Origin: a virus
Taxonomy: Duplodnaviria; Caudoviricetes
DNA: 37,200 nucleotides
Direction: 5' to 3' (one strand)
Virus record (IMG/VR): IMGVR_UViG_3300048599_000216
Coordinates: 1 to 37,200 of that record
Shown: in pieces, positions 8,818 to 16,724 of the stretch
Position numbering within the stretch: the stretch's first letter is position 1
Layout: each line of letters starts with the position of its first letter
Position numbers and translations under genes: made by a program
The notes under the pieces: model-generated
Told to the model about the DNA's origin: nothing
The model's input: only the letters and a program-made list of their open reading frames with translations
The model's database searches: none

Positions 8818-9120
8818 TCAGCTAGGGGTGCGGCTATAGCGGCGGGTGAAGTCGTCGACGCGCTGCGTGATGCGCGCGACTTCGGCTTGATGCGCGATGG
8901 CGAGCTGGATCAGGCGCGGCGACAAGCGCCAACGCTCGTCCTTGCCGGGAATGCGCTCGGCCCAGCCGATGGCTTCGAGCGCTTGCAGGTCGCGTAGCGT
9001 GGTGCTCGGGGACTGGCACACGGATTCGGCAAGCTGCTGGTTGCGCAGGCCGTCGAAGTTGTGCCCGGCAAGCGCCTCGATCACGGCCTTGGTACGGGTC
9101 AATGCGGCGGGCGCGCTCAT
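8818..9120 (-). CDS. Winged-HTH (IclR-like HTH) DNA-binding protein
   Basis: GLRNQQLAESVCQSPSTTLRDLQALEAIGWAER...WRLSPRL. Confidence 0.85.
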   Translation of the reverse strand: MSAPAALTRTKAVIEALAGHNFDGLRNQQLAESVCQSPSTTLRDLQALEAIGWAERIPGKDERWRLSPRLIQLAIAHQAEVARITQRVDDFTRRYSRTPS

Positions 9121-9341
9121 GCCGATACCCGCTCGAAATGGCGCGCGATGCTGTAGTCGCTGGCGATGGCCGTGCCGTCGTCGTCCGGGCCGTTCTGTCC
9201 GCGGCATTCGTCCGACTGCAGTACGCAATGCGCGGGGCGGCCGCCCGCAGCCGGCACACGGCGAACGAAGGTCCAGACGATCGAGCGAACAGAGTGCCGG
9301 TTGCGAACCCGATCGCCGCGGCGAAGTGCGGTGGGCTTCAT
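9117..9341 (-). CDS. Hypothetical protein (74 aa)
   Basis: ATGA overlaps with both neighbours. Confidence 0.65.
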   Translation of the reverse strand: MKPTALRRGDRVRNRHSVRSIVWTFVRRVPAAGGRPAHCVLQSDECRGQNGPDDDGTAIASDYSIARHFERVSA

Positions 9342-9556
9342 GCCGCCGACCTGCGGTCGACGCCGGCCGCCTTGAGGATGCGGGCGCGCATTACCCGGCC
9401 CTTGGGGCCGTCCCAGGTGCCGTAGATCGCCTGGCGCGCGGCGCTGGGATGAATGCCGCTCTCGCGGCACCACTGGGCGAGCGTCGTGTGCTTGAGGAGG
9501 AAGCCGGCGCGCACCTGCATCAGCAGGTCGCGGCTCGGTGGCGCGATGTGGCTCAT
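9338..9556 (-). CDS. Ner/Cro-like DNA-binding protein (BcepMu gp16-like)
   Basis: VRAGFLLKHTTLAQWCRESGIHPSAARQAIYGTWDGPKG; first gene divergent from the repressor; RBS AAGGA. Confidence 0.85.
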   Translation of the reverse strand: MSHIAPPSRDLLMQVRAGFLLKHTTLAQWCRESGIHPSAARQAIYGTWDGPKGRVMRARILKAAGVDRRSAA

Positions 9557-9594
9557 AACGTATCCTTGCTTCGCTGTGTAAACGTGGCGGAACA

Positions 9595-9623
9595 AGGATG
9601 GGTAATTAACTACCCAAAGTCAA
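9595..9623 (-). promoter_or_regulatory. Putative early promoter (Pe) for the leftward operon
   Basis: Minus strand TTGACT (9623-9618), 17-bp spacer, CATCCT (9600-9595), upstream of the ner-like gene. Confidence 0.6.
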
Positions 9624-9651
9624 GGGGCGATATGGGTTCTATGTTTCCCAT
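9598..9651. promoter_or_regulatory. Two putative 20-bp operators
   Basis: ATGGGTAATTAACTACCCAA (9598-9617) and ATGGGTTCTATGTTTCCCAT (9632-9651); both are TGGG-N10-CCCA dyads. Confidence 0.6.
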
Positions 9652-10075
9652 TGGAGAGCGGCTTTCTGAGGAGCGGCAACGCCTCGGAATGAACCAGACG
9701 GACTTTGCTGCGCTGGCGTCGGTGACCCGCAAGACACTGTTCGGATACGAAACGGGCGCAAGGGCGCCCGATGCTGAAGCGTTGGCCTCATGGTCCGTTG
9801 TTGGCCTTGACGTGCTGTACGTCGTCACCGGCCGACGCAGCCCTGCCGGAGCATCAGCGCCAGGCGTCGCAGAACCTGAGCCGCCCCTAAGCGACCGTGA
9901 TCGCCTCAGGGTTGCTGTTGAGGCTGTCGAGGAAGGGCTGGCCGAAACCCGCCGCAAATTGCCTCCGGACAAACGTGCGGAGCTTTTTTTGGCGGCCTAC
10001 GATCTGATCGCGGAAATGGCAGAACCTGAGCAATCACGCGCTAACGTCATACGTCTAGTTCGCGTGGCGGCGTGA
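9632..10075 (+). CDS. Phage repressor (XRE/HTH_3), no S24 peptidase domain
   Basis: IGERLSEERQRLGMNQTDFA...YETGARAPDA...GLDVLYVVTG; divergent from the ner-like gene; RBS AAGGGG. The start may alternatively be 9641. Confidence 0.92.
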   Translation: MGSMFPIGERLSEERQRLGMNQTDFAALASVTRKTLFGYETGARAPDAEALASWSVVGLDVLYVVTGRRSPAGASAPGVAEPEPPLSDRDRLRVAVEAVEEGLAETRRKLPPDKRAELFLAAYDLIAEMAEPEQSRANVIRLVRVAA

Positions 10076-10093
10076 AATCAACACAGCACAGGG

Positions 10094-10531
10094 ATGCCAA
10101 TGAAGAAGTTCGAACGCCCAGGAGAAAGAATCAAACGTCTGATGCGCGAAGCCTCGCCGGGTGGTTCCGACTCCGGAACCGGAACCGCGAAAACCTTGCG
10201 TGATCTAAGTACAGCCGAGCTGCTCGATCTGGCGACTCGTCACCAAACGACCTACCGTCGCCTACAGCTCTCCGTATACGTGTCTCTTCCTGTCGGCGCA
10301 CTCTCCATCGCATGCGTGTTCGCGCTGGTCGTGATATTGCACAACGTACATGCTGGCTTTCTCTCCGAGATTAGCCATGCAATGCACGTCATCCAGCTAG
10401 CCGCAATTGCCGCTATTGCCGCCTGTGGCCTCTGGGTAGGATTCCATCGTTCGGCGATTTATCAGCAGCAGAATGCTTTGGGGCTTCGCCTGCAGAAGAT
10501 CGCTGATGAATTAAGTTGCCGCGTCGAGTGA
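10094..10531 (+). CDS. Accessory membrane protein, two predicted TM helices
   Basis: Hydrophobic segments VYVSLPVGALSIACVFALVVIL and VIQLAAIAAIAACGLWVGF; directly downstream of the repressor. Confidence 0.75.
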   Translation: MPMKKFERPGERIKRLMREASPGGSDSGTGTAKTLRDLSTAELLDLATRHQTTYRRLQLSVYVSLPVGALSIACVFALVVILHNVHAGFLSEISHAMHVIQLAAIAAIAACGLWVGFHRSAIYQQQNALGLRLQKIADELSCRVE

Positions 10532-10547
10532 GAAGAGCAGAAGGAAA

Positions 10548-10925
10548 ATGAGAGGACTGATCATTGGAATCGTCACGCTGGCCGCGGCCGCAGGTTGCAC
10601 CCATGTCGACAAGGCAGAAGATCTGAATTTCGGAACATGTGCGGCCGTCCTGAAGGCCCTCGCGAAGAATCCAAGTAGCGCGCGAATTCCGCGTGCTCGT
10701 GCGATCGATATAGGTGATGGGCACGTCCAGTATGACTGGCGGCACGGAGACGGCCTCGCGCTCCAGAACGGCTTCGGTGCCATGATCGACACTACGGCGT
10801 CCTGCGTCTTGAACAACGGCGCGCTGTGGATATTGGTGCTCAACGACGATAGGCGCTACGTCAGTGGGCCAGAGTTCGACCTCCTAGCGTTGGCGGCTGC
10901 CAACTATCGAACGGCCCACAAGTAA
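10548..10925 (+). CDS. Accessory lipoprotein
   Basis: MRGLIIGIVTLAAAAG-C lipoprotein signal; QNGFGAMI..TASC motif; RBS AAGGA. Confidence 0.8.
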   Translation: MRGLIIGIVTLAAAAGCTHVDKAEDLNFGTCAAVLKALAKNPSSARIPRARAIDIGDGHVQYDWRHGDGLALQNGFGAMIDTTASCVLNNGALWILVLNDDRRYVSGPEFDLLALAAANYRTAHK

Positions 10926-10941
10926 TCGCTGCGTAGCCTCC

Positions 10942-11412
10942 ATGACCCCGCAAACATTCAAGCTGTTCCAGGATTGGTGCGAGCGCCACTGCAAAGCGCC
11001 TATGAATGAACTCGTGCCTATGCCTATTGATGGCTGGGCAGTCGTGCGAGCTCTCTGGCCTTTGAACGATGCATTCCGGCCGAACTTCGCTGCGTTCAAG
11101 GGAATGCCATATGGTGCCGAACACGAACCACAGGCCGATGCCGCTATTGAGCGTTACCTTGCCACCGGCAGCTGGGGGCCGGTGAGCATCGAGACTTGGC
11201 GTGTGCTACTGGAGCGCCAGCAACAGGCAATCATGGTTGCGGTAATCAATGCGCAGCAAGGCAATCCGCCGATGCGTGCGCCCGATCGGCTGCCTGAAGC
11301 CGCGCTAACAGGCGCTGCAATGCTGTGGTTCCTGCATTCGATGAGGCTTCCGTTTCCGCCAGATGATCGATCTCGCTCAGAATTGCCGAGCGATGGGCCA
11401 CCGGTAGCGTAA
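10942..11412 (+). CDS. Accessory hypothetical protein (156 aa, Trp/Pro-rich)
   Basis: Co-oriented ORF 16 nt after the lipoprotein gene. Confidence 0.7.
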   Translation: MTPQTFKLFQDWCERHCKAPMNELVPMPIDGWAVVRALWPLNDAFRPNFAAFKGMPYGAEHEPQADAAIERYLATGSWGPVSIETWRVLLERQQQAIMVAVINAQQGNPPMRAPDRLPEAALTGAAMLWFLHSMRLPFPPDDRSRSELPSDGPPVA

Positions 11413-11521
11413 GTGCGACGGCGCGTGCGCGCAGGCGCGCATTGTGAAGTATCGATTCCCAGTTCATCTCCAATCCTCTAGTTCGCCGCGCCCACCTTCC
11501 CACGCGCGCGCGCAGAGGTAA

Positions 11522-11565
11522 TCGGAACCAGGGCCGATGATCGCGGCCTAACGTCTGCGGACACT
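11522..11565 (+). promoter_or_regulatory. Putative activator-dependent late promoter for the lysis operon
   Basis: TCGGAACCAGGGCCGAT-N17-TGCGGACACT; a matching motif occurs at 18685. Confidence 0.75.
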
Positions 11566-11630
11566 CACCCGAACCAAAACGGTTCGGGAGTCCGCTATGC
11601 GTCCATCCAAATCAACGCGCCGGTGTCGCC

Positions 11631-12146
11631 ATGGCTGACCCGGTGCAGCCTGGTAACACGGGTCAGATCGTCGGTGGATCGCTGCTCGTGATGCTGCTGG
11701 CCGCCCTCCTGATCCAACCATGGGAAGGTCGCGTACTGAAGCCCTACCGGGACATCGTCGGCGTGCTCACCGTGTGCGATGGCCACACGGGCAGCGTCGA
11801 GCAGCGCACCTACACCGAGGCCGACTGCGACAAGCTGCTCGCCTCTGACCTTGGCGCGGCGTGGGCCACAGTGCAGCGCTGCTACACCCACCCTATGACC
11901 GAGTACCAGGCCGCGGCGCTGGTCTCGCTCGCTTTCCGCGTAGGACCAGGCGCCGCTGGCGAGAAGGACGGCGTGTGCTGGCTCAAGTCCGGCCGCATGC
12001 CAACCATTCGCGTGGCTGCGAACGACGGTCGCTGGGCCGATGCCTGCGCACAGTTCGACAACTGGGTCATGGCCGGCGGCCAGCGCGTGCGCGGGCTGGA
12101 GCGCCGCGCGGCGGCCGAGCGCAAGCTGTGCGAGGGGCGCCCGTGA
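11631..12146 (+). CDS. SAR endolysin, T4-lysozyme-like (GH24)
   Basis: N-terminal hydrophobic anchor followed by the E-X8-D-X5-T triad (WEGRVLKPYRDIVGVLTVCDGHT); C-terminal GLERRAAAE. Confidence 0.93.
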   Translation: MADPVQPGNTGQIVGGSLLVMLLAALLIQPWEGRVLKPYRDIVGVLTVCDGHTGSVEQRTYTEADCDKLLASDLGAAWATVQRCYTHPMTEYQAAALVSLAFRVGPGAAGEKDGVCWLKSGRMPTIRVAANDGRWADACAQFDNWVMAGGQRVRGLERRAAAERKLCEGRP

Positions 12147-12634
12147 TCGACAGAATCATCAACGCGGTTGCTGCCGTGGCGCTCGTTGGCGCAGCTCTGT
12201 TCGCCGGCTATGGCCTCTACGTCGGGACGTCGGAGCGCGACTCACTGCGTGCAGAACGCGATGCGCTGCGCACCGACATCGCCACCCAGCGCGCCAGGTT
12301 CGAGGCTGAAGCCCGCCGACAGGAGCGCGAGCAGCACCTGGCACTCGCCGGAATCCGTTCGATCTTCGACAAGGAAATGGAAGATGCCAATGCCGAGCAC
12401 AACCGCGTTGTGGATGGGCTGCGCGCTGATGCTTTGCGGCTGCGCCAGCACTGGCAGGGCTGTACTGCCACCGCCGAGCTGTCCGCAACCGCCGCCGCCG
12501 CCGCCCGAGCTTATGAAGACGCCGAACTTCGAGCACGCGGTGCGGCTGATCTTGTTCGACTCGGCGCCGAGTGCGACGCCCGCATCCACGGCCTCCAGTC
12601 CGCCGTCCGCGTCTACAGCGGAGGCACCCCATGA
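12143..12634 (+). CDS. i-spanin (Rz-like)
   Basis: GTGA overlap with the endolysin stop; one N-terminal TM followed by a coiled coil. Confidence 0.88.
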   Translation: MIDRIINAVAAVALVGAALFAGYGLYVGTSERDSLRAERDALRTDIATQRARFEAEARRQEREQHLALAGIRSIFDKEMEDANAEHNRVVDGLRADALRLRQHWQGCTATAELSATAAAAARAYEDAELRARGAADLVRLGAECDARIHGLQSAVRVYSGGTP

Positions 12635-12647
12635 TTTTCAGCGTTGA
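12384..12647 (+). CDS. o-spanin (Rz1-like lipoprotein) nested in the +1 frame of the i-spanin
   Basis: MPMPSTTALWMGCALMLCG-C lipobox, then Pro-rich CPQPPPPPPELM. Confidence 0.85.
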   Translation: MPMPSTTALWMGCALMLCGCASTGRAVLPPPSCPQPPPPPPELMKTPNFEHAVRLILFDSAPSATPASTASSPPSASTAEAPHDFQR

Positions 12648-12972
12648 GCCCATCTACGTGATCTGGATCGCCGGGCTTCTGCTGGGTTTTCTAGGTGCCG
12701 CCGCCGGCATCGGCCGTTGGCTGCTCGCGCAGTTCCAACGGCGCATCGACGATCGGTTCGCCTCGTTGGCCGAAGACGCGCGCGCTTGGCGCCAGACCGA
12801 GCGCAACCTCATGGAGCTGCGCGCGCACGTCAGCGAGCACTACGTGCGCCGCGAGGACTACGTGCGCAACCAGAGCGTGGTCGAGGCGAAGCTCGATGCG
12901 CTGGCTGCGAAGCTGGAACTGATGCAGGCGCAATCCACATCCCCGCGAGGAGCCCCTCGGCATGAACATTGA
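12631..12972 (+). CDS. Mu gp25/DUF2730-like single-TM coiled-coil protein (releasin-like)
   Basis: N-terminal TM, YVRREDYVR motif; synteny between the spanins and the gp26/gp27-like genes. Confidence 0.7.
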   Translation: MIFSVEPIYVIWIAGLLLGFLGAAAGIGRWLLAQFQRRIDDRFASLAEDARAWRQTERNLMELRAHVSEHYVRREDYVRNQSVVEAKLDALAAKLELMQAQSTSPRGAPRHEH

Positions 12973-13273
12973 TTCCGGCAAGCCCCGCCACGAACAGGTG
13001 CGCTGGGTGCTGCTGCTCACGCTCAACAACGCGCGTCCGCGCGGCGCAGGCGGTAGCGTGCTGCTCGGCACTGTGCAGGGCGCGCTGTATCCGGACGCCA
13101 CGCTGCTGGAGATTCGCCGCGAACTCGAATACCTCGAAAGCCGCCGCCTGGTGGAAGTCGAGGAGTCGCCGGCCGGGCCGTGGCTGGCGCGCCTGACGCG
13201 CTACGGCGTGGACATCGCCGAGTACACCATCGACTGCGCGCCGGGCATCGCTCGCCCGCCGAAATACTGGTGA
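12962..13273 (+). CDS. Mu gp26-like winged-helix protein
   Basis: VRWVLLLTL...IRRELEYLESRRLV...ARLTRYGVDIAEY...PGIARP. Confidence 0.85.
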   Translation: MNIDSGKPRHEQVRWVLLLTLNNARPRGAGGSVLLGTVQGALYPDATLLEIRRELEYLESRRLVEVEESPAGPWLARLTRYGVDIAEYTIDCAPGIARPPKYW

Positions 13274-13276
13274 CCT

Positions 13277-13819
13277 ATGCCCCCGCCGAGCAAGATTGAT
13301 CTGCTGCCGGAGGAAGTCCGCCGCGAACTGGATGAGCGCATTGTCGCCGCCGGCTTCGGCGGCTATGTCGCGCTGTCGGAATGGCTCGCGGAACGCGGCT
13401 ACGAAATCGGCAAATCCACCTTAGGTATGCACGGCAAGAAGATGGAGCGCCGGCTGAGCGCCGTTCGGGCCAGCACACAGGCCGCCGCGCTGTTCGAGGA
13501 GGCGGCACGCGACGACACCGATGCGCGCAGTGCCGCTATCTTCGCCCAGGTGCAGTCCGGGCTTTTCGACGCGCTGGTCGATTTCGCCGAAGCCGAGGAC
13601 GAAACCGACCCGGTCAAACGCGCGGCCATCTATGCCCGCATCGGCAAGGACTTTGCCGCGGCCGCGAGCGGATCGCGTGCCGGCAAGAAGTTTGCGCGTG
13701 AGGTTCGCGAGCAGATCGCCGCCGCGCTGGCGGCGATGAAGAAAGAAGGGTTCGACGCCGGCACGCTGGAAGAGGCCGAGCGCCGCATCAGCATCTATCT
13801 GCCCGCCAACAACCGATGA
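13277..13819 (+). CDS. Terminase small subunit, DUF3486 / Mu gp27-like
   Basis: SKIDLLPEEVRRELD...LSEWLAERGYEIGKSTLG motif; directly upstream of TerL. Confidence 0.88.
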   Translation: MPPPSKIDLLPEEVRRELDERIVAAGFGGYVALSEWLAERGYEIGKSTLGMHGKKMERRLSAVRASTQAAALFEEAARDDTDARSAAIFAQVQSGLFDALVDFAEAEDETDPVKRAAIYARIGKDFAAAASGSRAGKKFAREVREQIAAALAAMKKEGFDAGTLEEAERRISIYLPANNR

Positions 13820-15264
13820 ACGCAGCACACATCATCAAGCCGCAGCCCGGACCGCAGGAACAGTTCCTGGCGTCGCCGGCCGACATCGTGTTCTACGGCG
13901 GCGCGGCCTTCGGCGGCAAGACCTATGCGCTGCTGCTCGAAGGCGTGCGCCACACCGACAACGGCCGCTTCGGCGGCGTGATCTTCCGCCGCACGACGAA
14001 GCAGGTAACGGCCGAGGGCGGCCTGTGGGACACCAGCGAGGAGATTTATCCGTCGCTCGACGCCAAGTCGAACCTGTCGCGGCTGCAATGGCAATTCCCC
14101 AGCGGTGCGGCGCTGACGTTCGCGCACCTGGAGCACGAGAAGAACAAATTTGACTGGCAGGGTTCGCAGATCGCGTTTATCGGCTTCGATGAGGTCACGC
14201 ATTTCTCGGCTGGCCAGTTCTGGTACCTGCTCAGTCGCAACCGCTCGACCTGCGGCGTGCGGCCCTACGTACGCGCGACCTGCAACCCCGACCCGGATAG
14301 CTGGGTCGCGAAGTTCATCGCTTGGTGGATCAACCAGGACACGGGTTACGCGATCCCCGAGCGCTCCGGCGTGATTCGGTACTTCATCCGGCGCAACAAC
14401 GAAATCGTCTGGGGCGATACGGCCGAAGATCTGATAGCACAGCAGCCCGGCGCACAGCCCAAGAGCTTTACGTTCATCGCGTCCTCATTCCAGGACAACA
14501 AGCTGGGCCTGGAGCGCGATCCGGGCTACCTCGCCAATCTGGAAGCACTGCCATCCGTCGAGCGTGAACGGCTCAAGATGGGCAACTGGAAAATCAAACC
14601 GTCGGCGGGGGACTACTTCAAGAAAGCGTATTTCCCCATCGTCGATGCCGCGCCGCCGGTGGGCCGGCGTATTCGGTATTGGGACCGCGCCGGCACGGAA
14701 CCCAGCGAATCCAATCCAGATCCCGACTGGAGTGCCGGCGTGCGCGCATGCCTCGCCGGTGACGGTTATGTCTACATCGAGCATGTCGAGCGGTTTCGGG
14801 GAACGCCCGGCAAGGTGGCCAAGCGCGTTCGTGCCACGGCTGAGCAGGATGGGCGACGGATTTCCATCGGCATCGAGCAGGACCCCGGCCAAGCCGGCAA
14901 GTTCGAGGCCGAAACCTACGTGCAGCTGCTCGCGAGCTTCGTCGTGTTCACGGTGCCGCCGCAGGGCGACAAGGAAACGCGCGCCACGCCCGCATCCACG
15001 GCGGCAGAGCACGGCCGCATCCGCCTGGTGCGCGGGCCGTGGAATGAGGCGTTCCTCGACGAGCTGGAGAGCTTTCCGAAAGGGGCGCACGACGACCAGG
15101 TTGACGCCCTGTCGGGCGCCTACAACCAGCTGATCGGCAATCCGCGCATCCCGATCGAGTTCCAGTCCACTGGCGCGCGCGCCGCCGCCGACGTCGGCGC
15201 CGATCTGTCCGATACCGGCTTCGGCAGCGTGCCGGGCGGCAATGACTTTGGAGGTTACCTGTGA
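13816..15264 (+). CDS. terL: Terminase large subunit (Terminase_6/6C type)
   Basis: PQPGPQ, Walker A GGAAFGGKT, Walker B IGFDE, ATCNP, nuclease motifs YWD and FPKGAHDDQVDA. Confidence 0.95.
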   Translation: MNAAHIIKPQPGPQEQFLASPADIVFYGGAAFGGKTYALLLEGVRHTDNGRFGGVIFRRTTKQVTAEGGLWDTSEEIYPSLDAKSNLSRLQWQFPSGAALTFAHLEHEKNKFDWQGSQIAFIGFDEVTHFSAGQFWYLLSRNRSTCGVRPYVRATCNPDPDSWVAKFIAWWINQDTGYAIPERSGVIRYFIRRNNEIVWGDTAEDLIAQQPGAQPKSFTFIASSFQDNKLGLERDPGYLANLEALPSVERERLKMGNWKIKPSAGDYFKKAYFPIVDAAPPVGRRIRYWDRAGTEPSESNPDPDWSAGVRACLAGDGYVYIEHVERFRGTPGKVAKRVRATAEQDGRRISIGIEQDPGQAGKFEAETYVQLLASFVVFTVPPQGDKETRATPASTAAEHGRIRLVRGPWNEAFLDELESFPKGAHDDQVDALSGAYNQLIGNPRIPIEFQSTGARAAADVGADLSDTGFGSVPGGNDFGGYL

Positions 15265-16724
15265 CCACGCCTCGCCCGGAGTTGGGCCGAGAAATCGCGA
15301 CGACGGCAGATGGCATCGACATCACGCGCGGCTTTACCGGCCCGCTGCTCATGCCCTACGACAGCGTGCTGCGCGCGCGCGGCGCGAACGACCTGCTGAT
15401 CTACGAACAGGTGCTGTCCGACCCGGAAGTCAAAGCGACGTTCAGCCAGCGCCAACTCGCCGTCACGAAATGCGAGTGGCAGGTGGATGCCGGCGGCACC
15501 AAGCGCATCGACCGGCAGGCCGCGGATTCCCTGCGCGAACAGCTGAACGCCGTCGGCTGGGACAACGCCACGACCAAGATGCTTTATGGCGTGTTCTACG
15601 GCTACGCGCCGGCCGAGCTGATCTACCGCCCGGACAACGACCGCATCTGCATTGATGCGATCAAGGTGCGCAACCGGCGCCGTTTCCGCTACACGCCGAA
15701 GGGCGAGCTGCGGCTGCTCACGCCGTCGAGCATGACCGAAGGCGTGCCGGCGCCGGCCCCGTATTTCTGGAGCTTCCAGACCGGCGCCGACAACGACGAC
15801 GAACCCTATGGCCTTGGCCTGGCGCACTGGCTGTACTGGCCGGTGCTATTCAAGCGCAACAACATCCGATTTTGGTTGATGTTCCTGGAAAAGTTCGGTC
15901 AGCCGACTGCCGTCGGCAAGTACGACACGGATGCCAGCGATCCCGAGCGTGCGAAGCTGTTGGCCGCCACACGCGCGATTCAGACGGACAGCGGCATCAT
16001 CATGCCCAAGGGGATGGAGCTGCAGCTGCTCGAAGCGGCGCGCAGCGGCACGGCGGACTACAAGGCGCTGCACGACACCATGGATGCGATCATCCAGAAG
16101 GTCGTGCTCGGCCAGACGGCTAGCACGCAGGGAACGCCCGGCAAACTCGGCAACGACACCCTGCAGTCGGAAGTGCGTGCCGACATCATCAAGGCCGACG
16201 CGGATCTGGTGTGCGAGAGCTTCAATATCGGCCCAGCACGCTGGCTCACCGAGTGGAATTTCCCCGGCGCTGCTATCCCGCGCGTGTACCGCGTCACCGA
16301 GGCGAGCGCCGATCTGGACAAGCTCGCTGAGCGTGACGAACGCCTTAGCCGCGTCGGCTACAAGCCCACACTGGCGCGAGTCCTCCAGGTATTCGGCGAA
16401 GGTTATGAGCCGGTCTCCGCGGCCACGCCGCCGGCCGAAGCGCTACCGCCCGCGGCGTTCGCTGCCGGTCAGCCGGATGCTACGCCGATCGACACGCAGA
16501 CCGATGCGCTGGCGGCCCAGGCCGCGCCGGCCTGGACCGCCATCCTCGACACAATCACGCGCCTGGTCGAGACCGCGCCTGACCTGCCCGCCCTACGCGA
16601 TGGCCTGCTCGCCGCATATGCGGACTTGCCGGTCGAGCAGCTCGGCGAGGTCATGCAAATGGCGCTGGCCGCCGCTGACCTGGCCGGCCGCTATGACGTG
16701 ATCCAGGAGTCCGCTCGTGGCTAG
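15261..16724 (+). CDS. Portal protein, DUF935 / Mu gp29-like
   Basis: PYGLGL..LYWPVLFK...FLEKFGQP...KVVLGQT motifs. Confidence 0.93.
   Translation: MTTPRPELGREIATTADGIDITRGFTGPLLMPYDSVLRARGANDLLIYEQVLSDPEVKATFSQRQLAVTKCEWQVDAGGTKRIDRQAADSLREQLNAVGWDNATTKMLYGVFYGYAPAELIYRPDNDRICIDAIKVRNRRRFRYTPKGELRLLTPSSMTEGVPAPAPYFWSFQTGADNDDEPYGLGLAHWLYWPVLFKRNNIRFWLMFLEKFGQPTAVGKYDTDASDPERAKLLAATRAIQTDSGIIMPKGMELQLLEAARSGTADYKALHDTMDAIIQKVVLGQTASTQGTPGKLGNDTLQSEVRADIIKADADLVCESFNIGPARWLTEWNFPGAAIPRVYRVTEASADLDKLAERDERLSRVGYKPTLARVLQVFGEGYEPVSAATPPAEALPPAAFAAGQPDATPIDTQTDALAAQAAPAWTAILDTITRLVETAPDLPALRDGLLAAYADLPVEQLGEVMQMALAAADLAGRYDVIQESARG

Noticed and set aside
6870-8839. Long plus-strand ORFs (329 and 311 aa) opposite transposase A and the DUF3102 gene
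   Set aside because: Antisense shadows typical of high-GC coding DNA; no motifs or RBS.
8897-9631. 245-codon N-terminal extension of the repressor ORF
   Set aside because: Overlaps three real minus-strand genes; the HTH and RBS place the start at 9632 or 9641.
9869-10031. 13-bp direct repeat GCAGAACCTGAGC within the repressor
   Set aside because: Two copies encoding AEPE in linkers; no evidence of a functional repeat.
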